A stretch of 64,000 bases of DNA from an uncultured Solirubrobacterales bacterium (GTDB lineage: Bacteria; Actinomycetota; Thermoleophilia; Solirubrobacterales; Solirubrobacteraceae). The stretch lies in assembly GCA_963767695.1 (NCBI GenBank), contig CAVYFE010000010.1, positions 71,872 to 135,871 on the forward strand, given 5' to 3'. The notes below the pieces were generated by a model. That model did no database searches and was not told the DNA's origin. It saw only the letters and a program-made list of their open reading frames with translations. The stretch's first letter is position 1, and every line of letters starts with the position of its first letter. The position numbers and the translations under genes are program-made. Shown piece after piece: positions 42,973-50,914 of the stretch.

Positions 42973-43735
42973 TTGACCGCGCAGACCGGAGAGTCGCCGC
43001 TCGCCGGTCTGCGCACAGTCGTCACCGGAGCCAGCTCCGGGATCGGGAGGGCGATCGCCGTCGCTTTCGCGGGCGCTGGCGCTCGCGTCGGCATCGGCTT
43101 CTGGCGCTCGTCGGGGGCCGCGCAAGCCCTGGCGAGCGAGCTCGGTCCCGTCCATCCCCTGCTGCGAGCGGACCTCAGCACGCTCGACGGCTGCACGTCG
43201 ATTGTGAGGCAGGCATTCGCCGCGCTGCGGCAACGTCGACGTCTGGGTCAACAATGCCGGCGCCGACGTGCTCACAGGCGATGCCGGCCGATGGCCGGCC
43301 GAGCGCAAGCTGCAGGCGTTGCTCGAGCTCGACCTCAAGGCGACGATCCGCTGCTCGCGGCTGGTCGCCGCCCAGATGCGGCCCGGAGGCTGCATCCTCA
43401 ACCTCGGCTGGGACCACGCCACCATCGACGGGATGGCGGGCGACGACCCCGAGCTGTTCGCCGGCGTCAAGGCTGGGGTGCTCGGCTTCTCCAAGTCGTT
43501 CGCGCGCTCGGTCGCACCCGACGTGCGCGTCAACGTGCTGTGCCCGGGCTGGATCGAGACCGCATACGGGGAGGACGTGGACCGCGACTTCTACGCCGAG
43601 ATCGCGGCGAAGACGCCGCTTCGCCGCTGGGGCCAGCCGCAGGACGTGGCGGGCGCCGCGGTCTGGCTGGCCTCGCCGGCCGCCGCCTTCGTCACCGGCC
43701 AGGCGGTCAATGTCAACGGCGGCGCAGTTGGCTGA
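42973..43735 (+). CDS. Atypical SDR oxidoreductase (apparent frameshift ~43230)
   Basis: TGASSGIG, VNNAGAD, F-A-G-V-K in place of YxxxK, VRVNVLCPGWI, TPLRRWG. Confidence 0.85.
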
Positions 43736-45068
43736 CACCCTGTTCCTCACCGGCCGCCTGGCGGAGCCGGCGCTCCGCAACGTCCTCTCCAAGCTGGGCA
43801 TCGACCACCAGGTCTCCGTGATGAACATCAGCGTTGCAGCGCTCATGACCACGCGCTGGATTGCCAGGCGGCTGGAGGTGCCGCCGGGGGTGGACAACAT
43901 CGTGATCCCGGGGCTGTGCGAGGGCGACGTCGACACGCTGCAGCAGGCGACTGGCCTGCCGGTGCGCAAGGGACCGGCCGACGTCCGCGCGCTGCCGGAG
44001 TGGTACGGGCGCGAGGCGGTCCGCGCAGAGCTCGGTCCGCGTGACGTGCGCGTGTTCGCCGAGATCAACCAGGTGCAGTCGCTCTCAGTCGAGCAGGTGA
44101 TCGATCGGGCGCAGGCCTACCGGGCGGAGGGAGCGGACGTGATCGACCTCGGCCTGTCGCTGGATCGCTCGTGGCTGGCCGAGGGGCCGCCGACGATCGC
44201 GGCGCTGCGCGAGCGCGGGCTGTCGCTCAGCATCGACACGCTTGATCCCGAGCACATTTGCATGGCCGACGCCGCCGGAGTGGATTATGTGCTCAGCCTC
44301 ACGCCGGCGACGATCGATCTCGCGAAGGACTTGCGCGCGACCCCGGTGCTGATCACTGAGGATCCCGACGACCTCGGCGGCCTCGACCGGTTGGCCGCCC
44401 GGATGGAGCAGCTGGACCGCCCGTACCTGCTCGACTCGATCCTGGCTCCGATCAACTTCGGCTTCGCCGCGTCGCTGGCGCGCTACGTCGAGGTCCGCCG
44501 GCGCCATCCGGAGGCCGAGCTACTGATGGGGATCGCCAATCTGACGGAGCTCACCGAGGCCGACTCGCCGGGGGTGACGGCGCTGCTGATCGGCTTCTGC
44601 CAGGAGGTTGGCATCGGCGCGGTGTTGACGACCGAGGTGATCGGGTGGGCGCGCGGGGTGGTGCGTGAGACGGTGCTGGCGGCACAGATCATGCACCTGG
44701 CCCAGCGCCAGGCACGGCCGCCCAAGCACATCGACTCCGGACTGGTCACGAGCAAGGACGAGTCGATGCGGGCACCCTCAGAGCAGGAGCTGCGCGCGAT
44801 GCAGACCCAGATCTCGGACGCCAACTACCGCCTGTTCGCCGACGCCGACTGGCTGTACGCGTTCAACGACGAGCGGTTTGTCCGCGAAGCGAACATGTAT
44901 GCGGTGTTCGATCAGCTCGACGTGGACGACGCCTCGCACGCCTTCTATCTCGGCAAGGAGCTGATGAAGGCCACGATCGCGCGCGGCTTGCACAAGAGCT
45001 ATCGCCAGGAGGGTCCCCTCGACTGGGGCCTGCTGAGCTTTCCCGAACCTCGACGGGAGGACATCTGA
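43728..45068 (+). CDS. Dihydropteroate-synthase-like pterin-binding protein (dihydromethanopterin synthesis)
   Basis: FLTGRLAEPAL, VAALMT, GADVIDLG, GIANLTELTEADS, HAFYLGKELMKA; TTG start. Confidence 0.85.
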   Translation: MADTLFLTGRLAEPALRNVLSKLGIDHQVSVMNISVAALMTTRWIARRLEVPPGVDNIVIPGLCEGDVDTLQQATGLPVRKGPADVRALPEWYGREAVRAELGPRDVRVFAEINQVQSLSVEQVIDRAQAYRAEGADVIDLGLSLDRSWLAEGPPTIAALRERGLSLSIDTLDPEHICMADAAGVDYVLSLTPATIDLAKDLRATPVLITEDPDDLGGLDRLAARMEQLDRPYLLDSILAPINFGFAASLARYVEVRRRHPEAELLMGIANLTELTEADSPGVTALLIGFCQEVGIGAVLTTEVIGWARGVVRETVLAAQIMHLAQRQARPPKHIDSGLVTSKDESMRAPSEQELRAMQTQISDANYRLFADADWLYAFNDERFVREANMYAVFDQLDVDDASHAFYLGKELMKATIARGLHKSYRQEGPLDWGLLSFPEPRREDI

Positions 45069-45928
45069 TGAACAAGATCCTGATCCAGCTGGACACCGAC
45101 CAGCACCCCAGTTCGTTCGACGCGATCGCCGCCTACGACGCGGATGTCGACGTGGTGCTGGGGTTCGGCCAGATCACCGCCGAGAACTTGGGGGAGGTCG
45201 TCCAGGGGGCGATCTTCCCGCGCGGACCCGACGGCCTGGCGAACACCGCCTTCTGGGTGGGAGGGTCCAAGGTGCGCGACGGCGAGGCGGTGTTCGCCGC
45301 TGCGCGCAAGCTGTTCTTCGAGCCCTTCCAGCCGTCGATCATGCTCGACTCGGACGGCTCCAACACCACCGCGGCGGCCTGCGTGGCCCGCGTCCGCGGC
45401 GCGGTGGCGCTGGAGGGCAGCCGGGCGGCGGTGATCGGCGTCGGCCCGGTGGGCCTGCGAACGGCGGAGCTGCTGCGACGCGAGGGCGCCGAGGTGACGC
45501 TGTTCACGTTCCCGCCCGATGCGATGGAAGGCGGCTATCGCCGCGCGTCGGGCATCGCGGTCGCGCAGGAGGCGGGGTTCGACGTCGTCGAGCCCGAGTC
45601 CAGCGACGAGCTCGACGCCGCGCTAGGCGGCCACGCGGCGGTGTTCGCCGCCGGTCCGGCGGGCACACAGATCCTGCGGCGCAGCGGCTGGGCGCAGGAG
45701 GGCGTGCGGGTGGTCGTCGACTACTCGGCGGCCGAGCCCGTGGGGGTGGAGGGCGTCGACCGGGGCGACGACCTGAAGGAGGAGGATGGCGTCCTCAAGC
45801 TCGGGGCGCTGGCCGTGGGGGGCCCGAAGATGAAGGTCCAGAAGCGCTGCGTGCAGCGGATGTTCGAGACCAAGGGCACCGTGCTGGATCTCGAGGGCGT
45901 ATACGACGTCGCGCTGGACACGCTGTGA
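45068..45928 (+). CDS. mtd: NAD(P)-dependent methylene-H4MPT dehydrogenase, MtdA/MtdC-like
   Basis: ILIQLDTDQHPSSFD, FPRG, FFEPF, MLDSDGSNTTAAA, LGALAVGGPKMK. Confidence 0.9.
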   Translation: MNKILIQLDTDQHPSSFDAIAAYDADVDVVLGFGQITAENLGEVVQGAIFPRGPDGLANTAFWVGGSKVRDGEAVFAAARKLFFEPFQPSIMLDSDGSNTTAAACVARVRGAVALEGSRAAVIGVGPVGLRTAELLRREGAEVTLFTFPPDAMEGGYRRASGIAVAQEAGFDVVEPESSDELDAALGGHAAVFAAGPAGTQILRRSGWAQEGVRVVVDYSAAEPVGVEGVDRGDDLKEEDGVLKLGALAVGGPKMKVQKRCVQRMFETKGTVLDLEGVYDVALDTL

Positions 45929-46087
45929 GAAAGGGGGGGCCTCGCTCCGCTCGGCGTCCAGCCGGATGACTCGCGGCCGGCCCGTTCAAGCGAGGCCGGA
46001 TGCCGAGCGGGCCGCAGCCGCGAGGCCACGTGCCCCGTCCGGACGGGCCCGCAGGCCCCATGGATGCCGCGAAGCGGCCCCTCTTTA

Positions 46088-46477
46088 TCAGCCGCCGGCG
46101 GGCGCGGACGATTTCGAGAACACGAACTTGCCCATCGGCCCGTCGAGTGGGCTGTCCGGCTCGGGCCGCCACAGGATCGTGTCCTCGATCTTGCGCGCCA
46201 GCGTGAAGTCCTTGTCGGTGATGCCGCCCGCCGAGTGCGTGGCCAGCTTGACCCACAGCTTTCCCCAGGTGACGTTCAGGTCGGCGTGATGGCCTGCGGC
46301 CTCGCACAGGTACCCGACGGCGTTGACCGCCATCAGGGTCGAGGGCCAGCCGTCAGTGTTGTACTTGCGCCGGATCCACTTGTCCTCGTAGTACCACTCG
46401 TCGAGGCCGTACTCCGAGAACTTCGCGGGGATCTCGTCCTCGCTGTAAGTGCGCGGCTTCTCCTTGATTGTGCTCAT
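46088..46477 (-). CDS. Pterin-4a-carbinolamine dehydratase family
   Basis: WIRRKY, EAAGHHADL, LATHSAGGITDKDFTLARKIE. Confidence 0.88.
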   Translation of the reverse strand: MSTIKEKPRTYSEDEIPAKFSEYGLDEWYYEDKWIRRKYNTDGWPSTLMAVNAVGYLCEAAGHHADLNVTWGKLWVKLATHSAGGITDKDFTLARKIEDTILWRPEPDSPLDGPMGKFVFSKSSAPAGG

Positions 46478-46488
46478 GCTCGAATGAT

Positions 46489-47559
46489 ATGCCCCGCGTA
46501 GCCGGTGTCGATCCGGGAACGGTCTCGTTTGATCTGTGCGTGTTGCAGGACAGCGAGCCGGTCGTCGAGCAGGTGTTCGAGACCGGGTCGCTGAGCGAGG
46601 ACAGCAGGCCGCTGTTCGACGCGCTCGCCCGCCACGGACCCTACGACCTGGTCTACGGTCCGAGCGGCTACGGCCTGCCGCTGGTGGCGGCCGCCGATGT
46701 GGGTGAGCGCGAGCTGGCCGAGATGGTGCTCGTGCGCCCGGACGAGGCGCACGCCGACGCCGGGATCAGCGGGATGCGATCGCTGCTCCGCTCGCTGGCG
46801 CAAAGCGGCCTTCCGGTCACGTTTGGTCCCGGCGTCATCCACCTGCCGACGGTTCCGCGGCAGCGCAAGTACAACCGGATCGATCTCGGGACCGCGGACA
46901 AGGTCTGCGCGGCGGCTTGCGCGATCGTCGACCAGTCCGCCCGTCGGGCGATCCCGCTGCACCAGACGGCGTTCGTCCTGCTGGAGCTGGGGGGCGCCTT
47001 CACCGCGGCGCTGGCCGTCGACCACGGACAGATCGTCGACGGCATGGGCGGGTCGTCGGGACCCGTGGGTATGCGGGCCGCCGGGGCCCTGGACGGCGAG
47101 CTGGCTTACCTGCTGGCGCCGGCACTACGCAAGCAGACCCTGTACAGCGGTGGAGCCATCGATCCGGCCGGCGCCCTCGACATGACCGACCTCCAGGCGC
47201 TGTGGGTCTCAGCCGCCCACGCTGAAGGCTGGACGGCACTGCTCGAGGCCGCCGCCAAAGCGGTGCGCGCCCTGGTGGTGAGCGTCCCGATCCCGCACGA
47301 GATCGTCGTTTCCGGCCGTCTGGCCCGCCTGCCCGAGCTGATCGCGACCCTCGGCTCGTCGCTGGGAGCCGTCGCCCCGGTGGTCGCCCTCGTTCCGGGC
47401 CGGGCGAGCGCCGCCGCGTGCGGTGGCGCCCTGCTGGCCGATGCGTTGGCCGGCGGCCGGAACGCGCCCCTCGCGGAGGTGCTGAGGCTGCGCGAGTCGA
47501 GCGGCACCGTGCTCGACTATCTGCGCGTGGCCGGCGCCCAGACGATCTCGCTGGGCTGA
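46489..47559 (+). CDS. DUF1464-family protein (ASKHA/butyrate-kinase-like)
   Basis: AGVDPGTVSFD, GPSGYGLP, VIHLPTVP, NRIDLGTADK, ELGGAFTA. Confidence 0.8.
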   Translation: MPRVAGVDPGTVSFDLCVLQDSEPVVEQVFETGSLSEDSRPLFDALARHGPYDLVYGPSGYGLPLVAAADVGERELAEMVLVRPDEAHADAGISGMRSLLRSLAQSGLPVTFGPGVIHLPTVPRQRKYNRIDLGTADKVCAAACAIVDQSARRAIPLHQTAFVLLELGGAFTAALAVDHGQIVDGMGGSSGPVGMRAAGALDGELAYLLAPALRKQTLYSGGAIDPAGALDMTDLQALWVSAAHAEGWTALLEAAAKAVRALVVSVPIPHEIVVSGRLARLPELIATLGSSLGAVAPVVALVPGRASAAACGGALLADALAGGRNAPLAEVLRLRESSGTVLDYLRVAGAQTISLG

Positions 47560-47605
47560 GAGCGGCAACGGCTCACCTCTTTGCCCGGCGATCAGTGAAT
47601 TGTGA

Positions 47606-47667
47606 CTGATTGGTCAGGATCACCACCTGACCGGTCAGTCAGTGTGCCACCCTGACCGGTCGGTCAG
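47606..47667. promoter_or_regulatory. Three palindromic operator-like boxes upstream of the PQQ dehydrogenase operon
   Basis: CTGATTGGTCAG (47606), CTGACCGGTCAG (47627), CTGACCGGTCGG (47652). Confidence 0.6.
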
Positions 47668-47759
47668 TAGGTGTTCTCGCTGACGGCCAGGTTGTGCCGC
47701 GGTCGCGCCCCTGTTAGGTTTTTTTGGCCCATTTTCCGTGTTGGAAGGAGAGAGTCACT

Positions 47760-48212
47760 GTGGCCGCCACTGCCGATAAGGCTGTTATCGAGGGATTGGC
47801 AAAGCAGAACGGGGTGACGTTGGGGCGGGTGCTCGGCCGCGGAAACGTCGGGATGGCCGAGGAGGGATCCGACGGCAAGATGCACGCCACCGTCCGGATC
47901 CCGCTGGACGAGCTGGTGTTCGATCCCGGGGTCCTGGTCCTCCCTCACGGCGGCCACCTCGAGCTCGAGATCATCAACGACGACAACAACTCCCATTGCG
48001 CGGTCTTGCCGTGCAACGGCGATTCCAAGTTCATCTGGCTCGTGAACTTCTCGAAAGGCAGGGCAAGCCTTGAGCTCGACGGCCCGGGCTACTACTGGTA
48101 CGGCTCCCGGACCGGAAACGACGAGGGCGGCGGCCTGACCGGCACGATCGTCGTCGGCGGAGAGGTCCCGGACGAAGCCAAGCTCCACCGCCCACCCCAG
48201 CCGCGACCGTAG
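47760..48212 (+). CDS. MSMEG_3727-like PQQ-associated cupredoxin-fold protein
   Basis: DELVFDPGVLVLPHGG, NDDNNSHCA, LDGPGYYW, GEVPDEAKLHRPPQPRP; directly upstream of the dehydrogenase. Confidence 0.75.
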   Translation: MAATADKAVIEGLAKQNGVTLGRVLGRGNVGMAEEGSDGKMHATVRIPLDELVFDPGVLVLPHGGHLELEIINDDNNSHCAVLPCNGDSKFIWLVNFSKGRASLELDGPGYYWYGSRTGNDEGGGLTGTIVVGGEVPDEAKLHRPPQPRP

Positions 48213-48225
48213 AAAGGAGCAGTTG

Positions 48226-49926
48226 ATGGCAACTGAGACTGAGTACGTCGACGCCGGCGAGGCGGTCGACTTCCGGAATCTGAGCCCGGGCTATATCGGC
48301 AGTGCCCCGTCGGTGGCGAGAGGCGTCAACTACGACCGGATCCTCAAGGCTCGCGATGCGGAGCCCCATAACTGGCTGACGTACTACGGCGCCTACGACG
48401 GGCAGCGCTTCAGCCCGCTCGACCAGATCACCTCGAGGAATGTCCAGCACCTGAAGCCCGAGTGGGTGTTCCAGTGCGGCTCGGTGGGCATGCACTCGGG
48501 CGCGTCGACGTACTCGTTCGAGGCGTCGCCGCTGGTGGTCGACGGCATCATGTACGTCACCGGCTGGGATGGCTGGGTCTGGGCGCTTGACGCCAAGAAC
48601 GGAGCGGAGCTGTGGCGCTACCACCGCGCGTCCCCGTACGACGTTCGCCTGTGCTGCGGCAACGTCAACCGCGGGTGCGCCGTGGCGGCCGGGAAGGTCT
48701 TCATGGCCACCCTGAACGCCCACGTGATCGCCCTCGACGCCACGAACGGCCAGCTGATCTGGGAACAGCCATACGGCGACGTGCGGGCCGGCGAGAGCGC
48801 AACGGTCGCCCCGCTGATCGTCAAGGACATGGTCATCGTCGGGAGCTCCGGCGGCGAGTTCGGGGTGCGCGGCCACGCCGACGCGTTCAAGCTCGAGACC
48901 GGAGAGCGCGTCTGGCGCACCTACATGGTTCCCGAGCCGGGGGAGCCGGGTTCCGAGACGTGGCCCGCCGAGGGCGAGGCATGGGCGCGCGGCGGCGGTA
49001 ACTGCTGGACCACACCCACGTTCGACCAGGAGCTCAACCTCCTGTACTTCAACACGGGCAACCCGTGCCCCGACTTCGACGGGGCGGTCCGCGAGGGCGA
49101 CAACCTGTTCACGAACTGCGTCGTGGCGGTCGATCCCGACAGCGGCCAGATCAAGGGGCACTACCAGTACACCCCGCACGACGTATGGGACTACGACTCG
49201 ACGATGGAGAACATCCTGTTCGAGATGGACGGGCGGAAGTGTTCCGGACACTTCGACAAGAACGGGTACTTCTTCGTCCTGGACCGCACGGACTGCAGCC
49301 TGATCCGGGTCGTGCCGTTCGTCGATCGCATCACCTGGGGCGAGATCGACGCGAGCGGCAAGGTGACGCCGCGAGTGTTCCCCGACAAGGAGGGGGATCC
49401 CGTCCACTTCTGGCCCGGCCCGGCCGGGGCCAAGGAATGGACGCACGCCGCCTACAGCCCGAGGACGGGGCTGTTCTATGCGCCGGTGCAGGACGTCGGG
49501 GCCACGGCCACGCGACGGCGCCGGGAGTTCAAGGAGAGCATCCCGTACTGGGGCGCGGGCGTCGCCGTGGACACCGAGGACGTGTCCGGTTACCTCTCCG
49601 CCTTCGACCCAGCCACGGGTCAGGAGAAGTGGCGCTTCAGCAATGAACACCCGATGACTGCGTCGGTGCTGGCCACGGCCGGCAACCTCGTGTTCACCGG
49701 CGACCCCGCGGGGATATTCAGGGCGTTCAACGCCAACAGTGGAGAGCTGCTGTGGCAGTTCACGTGCGGCAGCGGCCACCACTCGAGTCCCTGCAGCTAC
49801 AGCGTCGACGGGCGGCAGTACATCGCCGTGCCGGTCGGATATGGCGCTTGGACCGAGGGGTTTTATCCTGGGGCCCTCGCGCAGGCCGGTGGATCCGCCC
49901 TGTTCGCGTTCGCGCTGCCGGAGTAG
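48226..49926 (+). CDS. PQQ-dependent alcohol/methanol dehydrogenase, no signal peptide
   Basis: AGAAAGGAG SD; WLTYYG..QRFSPLDQI, CCGNVNRG, GGEFGVRG, TGNP, TPHDVWDYD, GRQYIAV. Confidence 0.95.
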   Translation: MATETEYVDAGEAVDFRNLSPGYIGSAPSVARGVNYDRILKARDAEPHNWLTYYGAYDGQRFSPLDQITSRNVQHLKPEWVFQCGSVGMHSGASTYSFEASPLVVDGIMYVTGWDGWVWALDAKNGAELWRYHRASPYDVRLCCGNVNRGCAVAAGKVFMATLNAHVIALDATNGQLIWEQPYGDVRAGESATVAPLIVKDMVIVGSSGGEFGVRGHADAFKLETGERVWRTYMVPEPGEPGSETWPAEGEAWARGGGNCWTTPTFDQELNLLYFNTGNPCPDFDGAVREGDNLFTNCVVAVDPDSGQIKGHYQYTPHDVWDYDSTMENILFEMDGRKCSGHFDKNGYFFVLDRTDCSLIRVVPFVDRITWGEIDASGKVTPRVFPDKEGDPVHFWPGPAGAKEWTHAAYSPRTGLFYAPVQDVGATATRRRREFKESIPYWGAGVAVDTEDVSGYLSAFDPATGQEKWRFSNEHPMTASVLATAGNLVFTGDPAGIFRAFNANSGELLWQFTCGSGHHSSPCSYSVDGRQYIAVPVGYGAWTEGFYPGALAQAGGSALFAFALPE

Positions 49927-49947
49927 CGCGCAGCGACCGAAGCCATT

Positions 49948-49986
49948 TGCGATCTGTCACGGCTTGTGATGCCGTGACAGATCGCA
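49948..49986. terminator. Perfect 16-bp stem-loop after the dehydrogenase
   Basis: TGCGATCTGTCACGGC-TTGTGAT-GCCGTGACAGATCGCA; no U-tract. Confidence 0.75.
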
Positions 49987-50017
49987 GCCACTCGACGCCG
50001 ATCTTTCGAAAGAACCA

Positions 50018-50581
50018 GTGTTCGCGCTTATCTCTCTCGGGTTTACCCTGAGCCTGGACAACTTCCGCAGCTCGCTCGTGCTGGGGGGGCTTAAGCCGAC
50101 CTTCCTTCAATCGGTCAAGACATCCGCCATCTTTGGCCTGTGGGATGGCGTCGCACCGGCGGTCGGGATCCTCATCGGCCACTTCCTGAGCGACAAGATC
50201 GACAACACCGCCGACACGTTCGCAATGATCGGCCTTGGTACATACGGCCTGTTCCTCATCGTCCGGGCGGTGATCGCACCCGAGCGCGCGGATCCAAACC
50301 TGACGTGGGCGAGGCGCGGGCTGCCGCTCCCCCTGAGCGTTGACAACGTCGCCGCCGGCACGGCGCTTGGCCTCGCTGGGTTCTCCCCCTGGCTCGCGCC
50401 CATCGTGTTTGGGGTCATCACCTTCGCGGTGTCGGTCGCCGGGCACCAGATCGGCCGCACAGTGGCGCACTTCGTCGACTTCATCCCCCGCATCAACACC
50501 GACCTGTTGACCGGGATCGCGTTCGCCGCAATAGCAGCCTTGATGGCACTCGGTGTTACGCTCCCGCTCTCGGGCGGCTGA
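50018..50581 (+). CDS. MntP-family metal efflux protein
   Basis: Two repeats LSLDNF and LSVDNV; ~6 TM helices. Confidence 0.8.
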   Translation: MFALISLGFTLSLDNFRSSLVLGGLKPTFLQSVKTSAIFGLWDGVAPAVGILIGHFLSDKIDNTADTFAMIGLGTYGLFLIVRAVIAPERADPNLTWARRGLPLPLSVDNVAAGTALGLAGFSPWLAPIVFGVITFAVSVAGHQIGRTVAHFVDFIPRINTDLLTGIAFAAIAALMALGVTLPLSGG

Positions 50582-50607
50582 CGCCGGGGCGCCGGGCAGC
50601 GGGCCTA

Positions 50608-50903
50608 CTAACCGCGGCCGATCAGATCCATCAGGATCCGCCCCAGCTCGGAGGCGTCGCGGGCGACGGCGTCGGCATCCGTCAGTGCGTCGCGCTCAAA
50701 CGGGCCGCTCGCCACCGCCACGCAGCGGACTCCATCCGCGCGCGCGCGATTTCGCCGTCGCTCCGCCCAGCCGTCGGGATGGGCGTCCGGATGAGGCTGG
50801 TGTCGACTCCGTGCACCTCTCGCAGGGCCGCGGCCAGTGCCTCACCCACCAGCGGCGCCGTGCCTTCTATCAGCGTTCCGTCGATGTCGAACAGTAGAAG
50901 CAC
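50608..50903 (-). pseudogene. Internally deleted HAD phosphatase paralog
   Basis: LLFDIDGTL...GEIARA joined out of frame to ADGVRCVAVASGPF...DAVARDASEL, paralleling both ends of the HAD at 56577-57323. Confidence 0.8.
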
Positions 50904-50914
50904 CGATGCCCTCG

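Noticed and set aside
48226-49926. Naming the enzyme xoxF or mxaF
   Set aside because: No mxaI, xoxG/J or cytochrome and no signal peptide. Clade and substrate cannot be set without a phylogeny.
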